Shown here: positions 10,364-20,774 of the stretch, piece by piece
Position numbering within the stretch: the stretch's first letter is position 1
How the letters are laid out: each line of letters opens with the position of its first letter
Assembly: GCA_965277805.1 (NCBI GenBank)
Contig: OZ255842.1
Location: 2,304,001-2,368,000 of the forward strand
DNA length: 64,000 nucleotides
DNA from: Candidatus Lustribacter sp.
Lineage (GTDB): Bacteria; Vulcanimicrobiota; Vulcanimicrobiia; Vulcanimicrobiales; Vulcanimicrobiaceae
Direction: 5' to 3'
The notes under the pieces: model-generated
What the model saw: the letters and a program-made list of their open reading frames with translations, nothing else
Database searches by the model: none
Told to the model about the DNA's origin: nothing
Translations under genes and position numbers: made by a program

Positions 10364-11395
10364 ATGCTTCTGATCGATGACGCTGCCATCGAGAAAACGA
10401 TGGCGTCGGTCAACGTCCTCGACGATCTCGAACGCATGCTGACGCGTTCCGACGCCGGCGCACTCGAGCTCCCCGCCCGTCTCACGATCAACGACAAACA
10501 AGGCGGCTTCCTGCGCCTGATGCCGGCCATCAACTACGACATCGGTTATGCCGGGTTCAAAGCGATGAACATGCACCCGCAGTTCGGCGTGCGCTACATG
10601 ATCGCGATGATCCGGCTCGACACGGGGGAACTCGAAGCGCTGCTCGATGCCGACTGGATCACCGCATGCCGCACCTCGGCAACGGCGGCGATCGCCGTTC
10701 GTCACCTCAAACCACCGGTCGAAGACACCGTCGCCGTCATCGGCTCGGGAACGCAGGCGCGCGCCCTGCTCGATGCGGCGTCGCTCGTGCTCAAACCGAA
10801 ACGCGTGCTCGTCTTCTCGCCGACGGCTGAAAATCGCGAGCGCTTCGCCGCCGAGGCCGCCAAGGAACTCGGCCTGACCGTCACCGCCGTGGCGACCGCC
10901 GATGAGGCCATTCGCCCGGCCGACATCGTGCTGAGCGCATTTCGCGCAAAATCCACTCCCGTAATCCAGCTTGACGCCGTGCGCCCCGGCGCACTGGTCT
11001 GCGGCATAAGCTCGGTGCGCCCACAGCACCGCGAAGTCGACGTCGAGCTGTGGCAAAACAGCCGCGTGGTCGTGGATGATCTGGCGCACGTCCGCGAGTC
11101 CGGCGACGGCAAAGCCGCAACCGAACGCGGTCTCACGGCGGAGACCGACGTCGCCGAGCTGTGGCAAATCCTCGGCAATCCGGCACTGGGCCGCCGTTCT
11201 CCCGACGAACGCGTGCTCTTCAAATCAGTCGGTACCGCCGAGCAAGACATCGCGCTTGCCGCGCTCGTCCTCAAGCGCGCGAAAGCGCTCGGCTTGGGCC
11301 AAGACGTTGGGGGGTTCCCGGCTTTGCGTCCGATCCAATCGGAAGCCGATCGTGCCGCCATCGCAGCACAGACCGCAGGAGCACAACAGAAATGA
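10364..11395 (+). CDS. Ornithine cyclodeaminase/mu-crystallin family protein
   Basis: LMPA, GFK, TACRTSATAA, IGSGTQA, FKSVG.A.QD.A.A; ATG at 10364. Confidence 0.85.
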   Translation: MLLIDDAAIEKTMASVNVLDDLERMLTRSDAGALELPARLTINDKQGGFLRLMPAINYDIGYAGFKAMNMHPQFGVRYMIAMIRLDTGELEALLDADWITACRTSATAAIAVRHLKPPVEDTVAVIGSGTQARALLDAASLVLKPKRVLVFSPTAENRERFAAEAAKELGLTVTAVATADEAIRPADIVLSAFRAKSTPVIQLDAVRPGALVCGISSVRPQHREVDVELWQNSRVVVDDLAHVRESGDGKAATERGLTAETDVAELWQILGNPALGRRSPDERVLFKSVGTAEQDIALAALVLKRAKALGLGQDVGGFPALRPIQSEADRAAIAAQTAGAQQK

Positions 11396-12318
11396 AACGA
11401 CAGACATTTGTCTCGGCCTCGCTCGGAGCGCTCTTCGCCGCCTCGAGCCGCATTGCAGCGGCGGACGACGCTACGGCCATTCGGATCGCCTGCACGCCGG
11501 CCACGGCAACGTCGGAGGCCTACATCACCGATCAGCTCGGCTATTTTAAAAAAGCCGGTCTCAACGTGACGGTAACGCAGATCGCTCAAAATCCGTTAAT
11601 TCTCGATGCCGTCGTAACCGGATCGCAAGATATCGGGGTCGCGACGCCGCTAACCGTCGGGAACGCGATTCTGCACGGCCTTCCGTTGCGAGCGATCGGC
11701 ACCGGCATGCTGTATACAGAGAGCCAAACTGCGCTCTGCGTCGCGAAGGATTCACCGATCACGAATGCCCAGGGCCTGCAAGGCGCCGTTGTCGGCGTCG
11801 CCGTGATGAACGAAATCCAGTCGCTCGGGGTTCTGTCCTATCTCGACAAGTATCACGTCGATAAACAGTCCGTGCATTTCATCGAAGCCCCGATGCAGTC
11901 GATGGCCGGTGCGCTCAAGCGCGGTGCGATTCAAGCCGCCGTGATCGGCGAGCCCTTTATAACGGCGTCGCGCGATGACATACGGATTATTCCCCGTGCC
12001 TTCGATGCGCTCGGAAATGAATTCGGATTCCACGTCTGGTACACGCGGTCCGATTTCGCCAAGAAGAACTCGGCCGCGCTCACGACGATGATGCAGCAAG
12101 TGTACGCCGCTGCAAAGCTTTGCAACACGAAACCGGCGGCGGTGGAGAGCCTGATGGGGGCGTGGTCTAAGCTGACTCCGGAAGTCGAGCACCGTGTTGC
12201 CCAACCGGTCTTCGCCACCGAGATGACAGAGCAGCAGTTCAAAAAAATCCTGGAGCTGGCTACCGGCTACAAGCTTTTCCCCCGTCCACTGACCTACCGC
12301 GAACTCACCACCAACTAG
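11392..12318 (+). CDS. NitT/TauT-family ABC substrate-binding protein
   Basis: Tat-like leader MKRQTFV, G.FKKAGLNV, L.V.KDSPI, GEPF; ATG at 11392 overlaps the upstream stop. Confidence 0.85.
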   Translation: MKRQTFVSASLGALFAASSRIAAADDATAIRIACTPATATSEAYITDQLGYFKKAGLNVTVTQIAQNPLILDAVVTGSQDIGVATPLTVGNAILHGLPLRAIGTGMLYTESQTALCVAKDSPITNAQGLQGAVVGVAVMNEIQSLGVLSYLDKYHVDKQSVHFIEAPMQSMAGALKRGAIQAAVIGEPFITASRDDIRIIPRAFDALGNEFGFHVWYTRSDFAKKNSAALTTMMQQVYAAAKLCNTKPAAVESLMGAWSKLTPEVEHRVAQPVFATEMTEQQFKKILELATGYKLFPRPLTYRELTTN

Positions 12319-12329
12319 CGGGGAAGCGC

Positions 12330-13340
12330 ATGTACCACCACTTCCTCTGGGAAGATATCGGCAACGGCATCTGGTTCGGAAAGGCGCATCCCCACTCGTT
12401 TCAGAGCGGAAATACGGTAATCATCGCTCTTCCGACCGGCGGTTCGCTCGTCGTCGACCCGCAAGTCGCGTCGTTCGTCGGCCGCGAAATCGTCGCGAAG
12501 GCGAATGCGGTCGGTGCCGGCCCGGTCAAGTACGTCGTCGATACGCATCTGCACCAAGACCACTGCGGCGGCAATGCGGCGTTCAAGCAGGCCTACCCCG
12601 GCGTCAAGATCATTGCTCATGCGAACACGTGCGCGACGATACCGCTCAAAACGATCCCACGTATGAAATCGCGTCTCGCGGGCCAAAGGGCGCAACTCGA
12701 AGGCCTCCGGCAGTGCCGCGCCGGCATGTCTGCCGGCGACCCGGAAACCGCTGCCCTCGATCTCAAGATCGAAGGCTTCCGACGTTACCTCGAAGAGGCA
12801 GAGCACTTCGACTGGGTGTTGCCGGATACCAAGCTCGACCTCGAGCCGGGCGGAACGTACGTCATAAATGATGGCGACCGCCGCATCGAAATCGGCTACT
12901 TCGGCCGCGCCCACACCGACGGCGCTCTCGTCGTCTTCCTTCCGAACGACAAAGTCATCGCCAGCGGCGATATCTGGCTCGAGAACACCGGCTTCATGAT
13001 GCTCGATGCGGGCCTCGACGGCCGTGACGGTTCCGTGATCGAGACTCCGGTCACGCAAAACGCGATCCGCAAGCTGAACTTCGATACGACTCTCCCGGGG
13101 CACGACGATATCCTTCGAGGCAAAACAGCCCTCGACGCAGCGATCGCCAGCAGCACGCAATTCGTCGACCAAATCAAAACCCGATACGCCGGCGGCGAAG
13201 AAATCGAAACCATCCTTACCAACATGCCGCCGCCGCCCGACACCAACACGTTCTTTCAGGCCTGGTGGCGCCGCACCGTTATCCGCGGCTTCGAAGAACT
13301 AGAACTCCGCCGTCAACTCGGTCTGTCGTTGCCATCCTGA
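12330..13340 (+). CDS. MBL-fold metallo-hydrolase
   Basis: THLHQDHCGGN, AHT.G, GD, PGH; helical insertion after IIAH. Confidence 0.85.
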   Translation: MYHHFLWEDIGNGIWFGKAHPHSFQSGNTVIIALPTGGSLVVDPQVASFVGREIVAKANAVGAGPVKYVVDTHLHQDHCGGNAAFKQAYPGVKIIAHANTCATIPLKTIPRMKSRLAGQRAQLEGLRQCRAGMSAGDPETAALDLKIEGFRRYLEEAEHFDWVLPDTKLDLEPGGTYVINDGDRRIEIGYFGRAHTDGALVVFLPNDKVIASGDIWLENTGFMMLDAGLDGRDGSVIETPVTQNAIRKLNFDTTLPGHDDILRGKTALDAAIASSTQFVDQIKTRYAGGEEIETILTNMPPPPDTNTFFQAWWRRTVIRGFEELELRRQLGLSLPS

Positions 13341-13381
13341 AACTCGTCGAGGTGGCGAGCCCGGCGGCGAAATCACAGCGG

Positions 13382-14404
13382 CTAGACCGGACCTTTCGCC
13401 GCCAGGATCGCTGCATCGCGCGCGATCGACATGTCGGCCACTTTATCCAGCGGCAGCACCGCCTTCTGCACCCCGAGCGCGACGTTGAGCTGCTGCATGT
13501 AGTTGATGCGCTCGGGCGAGAGGACGATCGCGGTATTGAACGCTTTGTTCTCTTGGATCCAGTCCCACAGGTCGGTCGCGAGTTCTTCCGTGTCGGGCCC
13601 TACGCCGTCCTTATACGCATCGATCCACGCTTGTTTCGATGACGGGCCGTCGACGTATTTGTACGCGCGCCCGTAGGCGGCTAACGTTTTCACCAGCAAA
13701 TCCCGCTTGCCGGTGATCGCTGAGATCGGCGAAAATGCGCCCTGATTGGTGAATTGCGGAATCACCTTGGCGAAGTCGCAGAGCACGCGAACGCCGAGCT
13801 TCACGGCCGTGCGCGAGAACTCGTGCTGTGCCGCACCCGCATCGACTTTCTTGGCCGCTACCGCTTTGAAGATGTCGGAACTGCTGCCGATGTTGACGAA
13901 GTTAACCTTATTGAGGTCGACGCCATATTTGCGCAGCACCGCGGCCGTCGAGGTGTTCAAGAGCGCGCCGAGAGCCCCGGTGCCGATCGACTTGCCTTCC
14001 AAGTCTTTCACCGTTTTGATCGCCGGGTTACCCGTGTACATCGCGAAGCTGACCGGCAGGATCGCGCTACCCACGAGCTTGATCTGCGCACCGTTTTCGA
14101 TTGCGGTGAAGACTTGACTGAAGCCCGTGAGGATCGCGATGTCGGACATGCCGTTCACGACCGAAGCCATGAGTTTGACGCCGTCGGAGACGTTTTGCGT
14201 ATCTTCGCTGATGCCCAGGGCCTGAAAATACTTGCGGTTTTTGATCAGGGCTTGCAACGCGAACGAATCGTTCGAGCCCGTGTTGATGATGTTGACCGTT
14301 TCGCCGGCCGCCCGGACGACGGCCGGCGCAGCTGCAAATGCAGCGGCGGCAGCAAGTCCGGTCAAGAATCCCGGGCGCGTCGATGTGGTGTCTACGTCAG
14401 GCAT
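13382..14404 (-). CDS. NitT/TauT-family ABC substrate-binding protein
   Basis: Tat-like TRPGFL leader, IKTVKDLEGKSIG; divergent from the ABC ATPase. Confidence 0.85.
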   Translation of the reverse strand: MPDVDTTSTRPGFLTGLAAAAAFAAAPAVVRAAGETVNIINTGSNDSFALQALIKNRKYFQALGISEDTQNVSDGVKLMASVVNGMSDIAILTGFSQVFTAIENGAQIKLVGSAILPVSFAMYTGNPAIKTVKDLEGKSIGTGALGALLNTSTAAVLRKYGVDLNKVNFVNIGSSSDIFKAVAAKKVDAGAAQHEFSRTAVKLGVRVLCDFAKVIPQFTNQGAFSPISAITGKRDLLVKTLAAYGRAYKYVDGPSSKQAWIDAYKDGVGPDTEELATDLWDWIQENKAFNTAIVLSPERINYMQQLNVALGVQKAVLPLDKVADMSIARDAAILAAKGPV

Positions 14405-14494
14405 TTGAACGTTTCCAATCGCTGCGTTCGCAACATTTATAGGTGGGCTTCCAAAGGAATACGTCGGCGGAAAGGGCGACTGATTCCTGTTGTG

Positions 14495-15313
14495 ATGATC
14501 GATCCCGCTCGCTCGAACACCGCGAAGCTCTCGGTTCGCTCGGTCTCGAAGACGTTTCGGGTCGCAGGCGAAGACAAGTCGTTCCGGCTGTTGCCGGTGC
14601 TGCGCAATATCAGTTTCGACGTATTCGAAACCGAGATCGTCTCACTCATCGGTGAGAGTGGCAGCGGCAAGACGACGATGTTGCGCATCGTCCAAGGCTT
14701 GATCAAAGCGGATTCCGGCGAAATTGCCGTTAGCGGTAAGCCCATTCGGGGGCCGGGCTACGACCGCGGGATCGTGTTTCAGCAAGCGAACCTGCTGCCG
14801 TGGCTCAACGCCCAGAGCAACGTGGAGTTCGGGCTCGAGTTGAAAGGCATCCCCAAAGTCGAGCGCTCCGAGCGAGCGCGCGCGTTGTTGCAGCTCGTCG
14901 GCCTCACCGAATTTGCCCGTCAGTACCCGCATCAGCTCTCAGGCGGGATGCAGCAGCGCATCGGCGTTGCCCGCGCTCTTGCGATCGACCCGGAAATTCT
15001 GCTCATGGACGAGCCGTTCAGCGCGCTCGATGCGCAAACGCGCGAATCACTTCAACACGAGCTGCTCAGCATCCACGTCAAAACGCGAAAGACGATTCTC
15101 TTCGTCACCCACGATCTAGATGAAGCGGTGTACCTCAGCGACCGCGTGATCGTCATGGGCTCCCGGCCGGGTCACGTCAAGGACGTCATCGACGTACCGT
15201 TTGCGCGTCCGCGTCCGAGTCTCACGGAGATGCGCGGTAACCCCACCTTTCTTGAGCTGCGCGATCACATCTGGCAGCGGATTCGCCCGCCGGAAACAGT
15301 CGGCGTCCAATGA
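14495..15313 (+). CDS. NitT/TauT-family ABC ATP-binding protein
   Basis: [45 protein letters not shown]. Confidence 0.92.
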   Translation: MIDPARSNTAKLSVRSVSKTFRVAGEDKSFRLLPVLRNISFDVFETEIVSLIGESGSGKTTMLRIVQGLIKADSGEIAVSGKPIRGPGYDRGIVFQQANLLPWLNAQSNVEFGLELKGIPKVERSERARALLQLVGLTEFARQYPHQLSGGMQQRIGVARALAIDPEILLMDEPFSALDAQTRESLQHELLSIHVKTRKTILFVTHDLDEAVYLSDRVIVMGSRPGHVKDVIDVPFARPRPSLTEMRGNPTFLELRDHIWQRIRPPETVGVQ

Positions 15314-16149
15314 ACGCCGACGTTGAAGCGAGCACGCTGCCGCCCGAGGAGCTGCTTGAAACGATCGGCCCCGACGACGTCTTCGCCAAACGCAAGCGTC
15401 GCTACATCGTCATTCGCATCTGCTCGATCATCTTCGCGTTCGCCATCTGGGAAGTGTTCGGACGGCAAGTCAATCCGCTCTTCATGTCCTACCCGAGTAA
15501 AATCGTGCTCGGCGCCCTCTCGCTGATCCAAGCCGGGACACTGCAAGCCGCATTGCTCGAGAGCTTGCGCACGCTCGTGCTGGGTTACGCCGGCGGTGCG
15601 TTGTTCGGTGTTCTCGTCGGCCTTGCGGTCGGACGTTATCGTGAAGTCGAGGCTGCGCTGGATTGGCTGATCAACGCCTTCTACGCAACGCCGCTGGTCG
15701 CATTGATTCCGCTCGTGATCCTCTGGTTCGGCCTCGGATTTACGGCGAAGCTGTTCATCGTCTTCCTATTCACGCTTTTTCCGGTGTTGATCAACACCTC
15801 GATCGGCGTGCGAAACGTGAACCGCTCCCTTATCGACGTGGGCGTTGCGTTCGTCGCCAACGAGCGCCAGATCTTCACGCGCATCATCCTGCCGGCGTCC
15901 CTGCCCTACGTCATGGCCGGCCTGCGCCTAGGCATCGGCCGCGCCATCATCGGCATGGTGACTGCCGAGTTCTTTACGGCGATCAGCGGCCTCGGCGGTC
16001 TGGTCGTCAAGTACGGCAACCAATTCCGCACCGACGAAATGCTCGTTCCGGTTATCATCCTCATGTGCCTCGGCGTTATCCTCACCGGGTCGCTGCAGCG
16101 CGCCGAACAACTCATCGCTCCCTGGAAGAGTAACGAGAACAATGAATAG
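15310..16149 (+). CDS. NitT/TauT-family ABC permease
   Basis: P.VALIPL.ILWFG.G, INT..G, LPASLPYVMAGLRLG..AE. Confidence 0.92.
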   Translation: MNADVEASTLPPEELLETIGPDDVFAKRKRRYIVIRICSIIFAFAIWEVFGRQVNPLFMSYPSKIVLGALSLIQAGTLQAALLESLRTLVLGYAGGALFGVLVGLAVGRYREVEAALDWLINAFYATPLVALIPLVILWFGLGFTAKLFIVFLFTLFPVLINTSIGVRNVNRSLIDVGVAFVANERQIFTRIILPASLPYVMAGLRLGIGRAIIGMVTAEFFTAISGLGGLVVKYGNQFRTDEMLVPVIILMCLGVILTGSLQRAEQLIAPWKSNENNE

Positions 16150-17134
16150 CCCGATGAAGACGTTCACCATCGCCGTCAATCCTTATCCCCACGTGGCTGC
16201 TCTGAGGGACGGGCGCATCGCGCCTGCGGGGGCGAAGCTCGATTTCATCGAGGTCAACCCGATGATCGCGGCCTATCGCAAGATGGTTCGCAATCTCGAA
16301 TACGATATTTGTGAAGTCGCGGTCACGACGTACGTCGTCGCGAAGGCCTTCAACAAAGGGTTCACCGCCCTCCCGATCCCGCTCAACCATCTGTTCCATT
16401 TCGGCGATATCCAAGTCGGACTGGACACGGGCATCAACGCACCGGCCGACTTGGTCGGCAAGCGGGTCGGCGTGCGAGCCTACACCGTGACGACCGGCGT
16501 TTGGGTGCGCGGCATCCTGCAGAGCGAATACGGGGTCGACCCGGCGAAGATCACCTGGATTACCGACGACGAAGAGCACGTAGAGGAATTCATCGCACCG
16601 CCCAACGTGCTGGCGTCGGAGGGCGTGAGCCTGGTCGATCTCTTTCAAGAGGGCAAGATCGATGCGGCGTTTTCCGGCCGGGCCGGACTCGGCCGTTCGG
16701 GCGCGCCGCGCGAGGGCTGGGAAAAAGGGAATGCCGCGACGCCCGCCGTCCTGTCGACGCGCGAGTTTCGCGCTCTCTTTCCGAATGCCGGCGAACTCGA
16801 CGCCGCATGGTTCAAACGCACCGGAATCTACCCGATGCACGGGGTGGTGTGTTTGCGCGACTCCGTCATCGCAACAAACCCGGACCTGCCACGCGCCCTT
16901 TTCGACGCGTTCACGCGCGCCAAGGACGAATATCTCGCCGCCCTTGCCAAACGCGGCCCGCAAGATGCCGAAGACAAAAAATGGCTCGGCATGCAAGAGA
17001 TCGTCGGAGCTGACCCGCTACCATACGGGCTTCAGGCCAATATCAAGACGATCGACGCGCTCATCGATTTCGCGTTGAAGCAAAAGCTGATCTCGAAGCG
17101 CTACGCACCCGAAGAACTCTTTTACCCCATCTGA
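16142..17134 (+). CDS. 4,5-dihydroxyphthalate decarboxylase-like protein
   Basis: YDICEVA..TY, GVRAYTVTTGVWVRGIL..EYGVD, TGIYPM, DPLPYG...N; no signal peptide. Confidence 0.75.
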   Translation: MNSPMKTFTIAVNPYPHVAALRDGRIAPAGAKLDFIEVNPMIAAYRKMVRNLEYDICEVAVTTYVVAKAFNKGFTALPIPLNHLFHFGDIQVGLDTGINAPADLVGKRVGVRAYTVTTGVWVRGILQSEYGVDPAKITWITDDEEHVEEFIAPPNVLASEGVSLVDLFQEGKIDAAFSGRAGLGRSGAPREGWEKGNAATPAVLSTREFRALFPNAGELDAAWFKRTGIYPMHGVVCLRDSVIATNPDLPRALFDAFTRAKDEYLAALAKRGPQDAEDKKWLGMQEIVGADPLPYGLQANIKTIDALIDFALKQKLISKRYAPEELFYPI

Positions 17135-17156
17135 ATCCAGAACAGGAACCGATCTC

Positions 17157-18104
17157 ATGGCTGAAACCAAAACGCTTACGCTCAAAACCTTACTCGACAC
17201 GTATGGCCATACGCAGGCAATCAAAGACGGCACGCTGATCTCGCCGCGGCTGGCGTTTGATTTCGTCGACATCAAGCCGGTTAGCAGCGGGTTCGGGAAC
17301 ATGGCCGAACATCAAGAATTCGATTTTTCCGAGATGGCGATCGTTACGTTCATTCAAGCTCTCGCGCTCGGCAAGCCGATCTCATTGCTGCCGGCGGTGA
17401 TGCTGAACCGCTTTCATCACGGTTCGATCGTAAAAAAGACCGGCGGTACCGTTAGCGGGCCGAGGGATCTCAACGGCAAGAAGATCGGGGTTCGGGCATA
17501 CACGCAGACGACCGGCGTGTGGGTCCGCGGCATTCTGGGCGCGGAGTACGGGGTGGACCTCGACAGCATCACCAACGTCACCAATGAAGGCGGGCACCTC
17601 AAAGACTACGTGGAGCCGAAGAATGTCGTGCGTTCGCCGGGCGGGAAAAAAATGCTCGACATGCTCCTCGACGGCGACATCGATGCCTGGATCGCCGGCC
17701 GCGAAGCGCCGAAAACTCCAGCCATTGAGCCGCTGATTCCCAACGCGAGCGAAGCTGCGCTCGAATGGTTCGCGCGGGTCCAGGCCTTCCCGATCAACCA
17801 CATGGTGGTGCTCAAAAACTCGACGATCGACGCGAACCCGTGGCTGCCGGCCGAGTTATTCGGCCTGCTCAAAAGCGGTAAAGCCGCTTATCTGGCCGAT
17901 CTCAAGACGCGCCCGGCGACCGATCCCGACGAAGAGTACCGCAAGAAGCTGCTGATGGCCGGCGGCGATCCGCTACCGTTCGGCATCGAGGCGTTGCGCA
18001 AGTCGCTGACGGTCGTGATCGACTATGCGTTGGCCCAGAAGCTGATTCCGCGCCGCTATAGCGTCGACGAACTGTTCGATCCGCGCACGCGGGACCTGGC
18101 TTGA
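17157..18104 (+). CDS. 4,5-dihydroxyphthalate decarboxylase-like protein (tandem paralog)
   Basis: FDFSEMAIVTF, GVRAYTQTTGVWVRGIL..EYGVD, FPINHMVV, DPLPFG. Confidence 0.75.
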   Translation: MAETKTLTLKTLLDTYGHTQAIKDGTLISPRLAFDFVDIKPVSSGFGNMAEHQEFDFSEMAIVTFIQALALGKPISLLPAVMLNRFHHGSIVKKTGGTVSGPRDLNGKKIGVRAYTQTTGVWVRGILGAEYGVDLDSITNVTNEGGHLKDYVEPKNVVRSPGGKKMLDMLLDGDIDAWIAGREAPKTPAIEPLIPNASEAALEWFARVQAFPINHMVVLKNSTIDANPWLPAELFGLLKSGKAAYLADLKTRPATDPDEEYRKKLLMAGGDPLPFGIEALRKSLTVVIDYALAQKLIPRRYSVDELFDPRTRDLA

Positions 18105-19054
18105 ACAAGCGCGCATTCCTCAGTTTGACCGCCGGTGCCGCGGGCGGAGCGCTGCTCCCTGCGCGCTCCGGCGTGCGCGCGCAAGAGAACCCGACGATTC
18201 GTATCGGCACGCTCATTTCGGATAACGCCGCGGTGCCGCTCTACGGCGTCGATACGAACATGTTTGCACAAGCCGGGCTGAACGTCGTCGTGCAGCCATT
18301 CACGAACTACGGCGCGCTTCAAGGGGCGATCGCCGGCAAGGCACTCGATGTGGGCATCCTCGATACGCTTGCTGCCGCCGTCGGCGCGTCGCGTGGGATT
18401 CCGTTCACGATCTTCGCCGCGGCGTCGACGCAGATCGCAAAAACGCCGACGATGTTATTATGCGTAGCCAAAGCCTCACCATTGCGGTCGGGGCGGGAAC
18501 TCGAGGGCAAAACGATCGCGGTCGCGAGCCTCGGCGGCTCGGCCGAAGCGACGCTGCGGGCATGGCTCGGGAAAGAGGGCGTCGAGCAGAACAAATTTGG
18601 GTTGATCGAACTGCCGCTGCCGCAAATGGCTCCGGCGCTCGAACGCGGCACGGTCGCCGCCGCCGAAATCTTTGAGCCCGCGCTCACCGTTGCGCGACTC
18701 GCCGGCGCCCGTCCGTTCGGGCGCGTCTACGATGCGGTCGCACCGCAATTCTATCCCAACGTTTGGGTTACGACCACCGAGTACGTCCAAGCCAACGGCC
18801 CGCTGATGAAGCGGCTCGCCGCAACGGTCTACAAGATCGCCGCTTGGGCCAACGCACATCAACGCGAGTCCGGCGCGATCCTCATGAAGTATTCCAAGCT
18901 CGATCCGGAGGTCGTCGCCGCGATGACGCGCACCCAGTACAGCACGTCCCTCGAGCCCAAACTACTTCAGCCCCTAATTGAGGTTGGGGCGAAGTTCGGC
19001 ATGCTGGCCGCGCCGATGAACGGGGCAATGCTGATCGCACCCGGTTTTCACTAG
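18101..19054 (+). CDS. NitT/TauT-family ABC substrate-binding protein
   Basis: MNKRAFL Tat-like leader, F..AGLNV, LEGKTIAV, EP, WAN.H. Confidence 0.85.
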   Translation: MNKRAFLSLTAGAAGGALLPARSGVRAQENPTIRIGTLISDNAAVPLYGVDTNMFAQAGLNVVVQPFTNYGALQGAIAGKALDVGILDTLAAAVGASRGIPFTIFAAASTQIAKTPTMLLCVAKASPLRSGRELEGKTIAVASLGGSAEATLRAWLGKEGVEQNKFGLIELPLPQMAPALERGTVAAAEIFEPALTVARLAGARPFGRVYDAVAPQFYPNVWVTTTEYVQANGPLMKRLAATVYKIAAWANAHQRESGAILMKYSKLDPEVVAAMTRTQYSTSLEPKLLQPLIEVGAKFGMLAAPMNGAMLIAPGFH

Positions 19055-19071
19055 CGAGGAGTACCGCTACC

Positions 19072-19818
19072 ATGAGTGCCGAGAAGCCCGCGCCGCGCAG
19101 TCCGTGGTCCTACATTCAGCCCTGGGACATTGATTCGATCGCGGTCGATATTCAGGATGAAGAACAGCGTCGCGGTTGGATGCGCGCGATGTTCGTTGCA
19201 GGCGGACTACCCTACATGTGGCGCGAGCTGGCGCAACCGATGCGTGACGTGGTGTACGGCCTGCTGGAACTTAGGGCGGAAGACCGCGTGCTCATGATCG
19301 GCGAAGGCGTCGAGCCGTGCGGCTTTGCCGATGACATCCGGAAGCGCATCGGCCAGAACGGCGTGCTCGACGTCTTCGAGATTATTCGCGACGGCCGCGC
19401 CGCAGTTCAGACGCGGAAGATCGGCCGCAACGGCAAGATCGGCTGCTGGCGCTGGGAGTATGCGAGCGGCGTGCCCGATAACACGTATGACGCGGTGGCC
19501 GTCATGCAATCGGCCCAACACTGCGACGATTGGAACGAAACGGGCGCCGAACTCGTTCGCGTGTTACGTCCCGGCAGAATGATCGTTTCGGCTGAAATGT
19601 GCCTCGACGGCGATCGCTTCACCGGTCGGGTAAACGCCGACGTCCATATCCGGCAGTGGTACGACAAGATGTTTCCCGGCGGGCGCAGCGAGATTTCCAA
19701 TTACAGTGGCGAAGAGCTGCTGGCCTTGATCGGCCCGCACGTTAGCGGCGGACAGTGTATGGATTGGCGCGGCATCGAAGTGTTCTGGGGCCGGAAAGCC
19801 GCCCACGACCCCGTCTAG
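19072..19818 (+). CDS. Class I SAM-dependent methyltransferase-fold protein (degenerate motif I)
   Basis: LLELRAEDRVLMIGEG, PDNTYDAV, ELVRVLRPG. Confidence 0.6.
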   Translation: MSAEKPAPRSPWSYIQPWDIDSIAVDIQDEEQRRGWMRAMFVAGGLPYMWRELAQPMRDVVYGLLELRAEDRVLMIGEGVEPCGFADDIRKRIGQNGVLDVFEIIRDGRAAVQTRKIGRNGKIGCWRWEYASGVPDNTYDAVAVMQSAQHCDDWNETGAELVRVLRPGRMIVSAEMCLDGDRFTGRVNADVHIRQWYDKMFPGGRSEISNYSGEELLALIGPHVSGGQCMDWRGIEVFWGRKAAHDPV

Positions 19819-20774
19819 GCGATGATATCCTGTGCCGGAAAACTCTTTGGGATGACCTGATATTTGGCCGAAGCATCGATGACCGGCTGGATATCGCGCG
19901 GTTCGAGACCCGAAAAATAATGCGAACGCGGACCGCGTGCGATCGCCGCAGCGTCGACGCCGGTATACTTCGCAAGAATCGGAGCCGTTTCCCGAGGATG
20001 CGCGTTACTGTATGCCGTCGCTTTTGCCAAGGCGGTGGCGAAGGCCCGAATGGTAGCAGAATTTTTTTGCGCATAGCCGGGAGTCGAAATCCACGCTGCG
20101 GCGAGGTAGCGCGATGCAATGCCTTGCGATGGATCACCCAACGTCCGGCACAGGCCACTATCCAAGAGATTCGAAAGCAGCGGAAGGCCCACGCCGGCAG
20201 CGTCGATCCGGCCGGCGTCGAGGCCGGGGCCGATACCCGGACCGTTTAGCTCGGTGAATTGGACCGTCTCCGAGCGACCCCCGGTCTGATCGACCCAGCG
20301 CCGGATGTTAACGTACATCTCGCTCTGGAGCGCCGGTACGGCGATGATTTTGCCACCCAAATCGGCTGGGTGCTGATACAGCGCGCCCGCCTTTACGACG
20401 AGGCCGGTCGTGATCGGATCCGCCTTGTCGTAGATTACTGCGCCCGCAACAAGCGTCAACGGAATACTGTGCGTGTGAGCCGTCAGCAGGGAGAACAAAC
20501 TCGACAGCCCGATGTCGAGCGACCCGCCGATGATGGCCGCCGCAACGGCCGAACCGCTGGGGATCACCTCAATCGATACGTCGAGTCCGGCATCGGCGAA
20601 CAGCCCCGCGGCCTGCGCGTAGACGGCCGGTGTCGCGGGATCGAAGTTCAAGATTCCGAGGCGTACGTGACCTTCAGCCGCGATCGCAGGCCGGCGCGGA
20701 CCAAGCGCGGCGACGCCCATCGGCAGCGCTGCCAGACCGGCGATCACATTGCGGCGGCTGTGCAAGCTTCTCAT
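19815..20774 (-). CDS. NitT/TauT-family ABC substrate-binding protein
   Basis: SRRNVI Tat leader, GLFADAGLDV, SG.AV.AA..GGSLDIG. Confidence 0.85.
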   Translation of the reverse strand: MRSLHSRRNVIAGLAALPMGVAALGPRRPAIAAEGHVRLGILNFDPATPAVYAQAAGLFADAGLDVSIEVIPSGSAVAAAIIGGSLDIGLSSLFSLLTAHTHSIPLTLVAGAVIYDKADPITTGLVVKAGALYQHPADLGGKIIAVPALQSEMYVNIRRWVDQTGGRSETVQFTELNGPGIGPGLDAGRIDAAGVGLPLLSNLLDSGLCRTLGDPSQGIASRYLAAAWISTPGYAQKNSATIRAFATALAKATAYSNAHPRETAPILAKYTGVDAAAIARGPRSHYFSGLEPRDIQPVIDASAKYQVIPKSFPAQDIIA

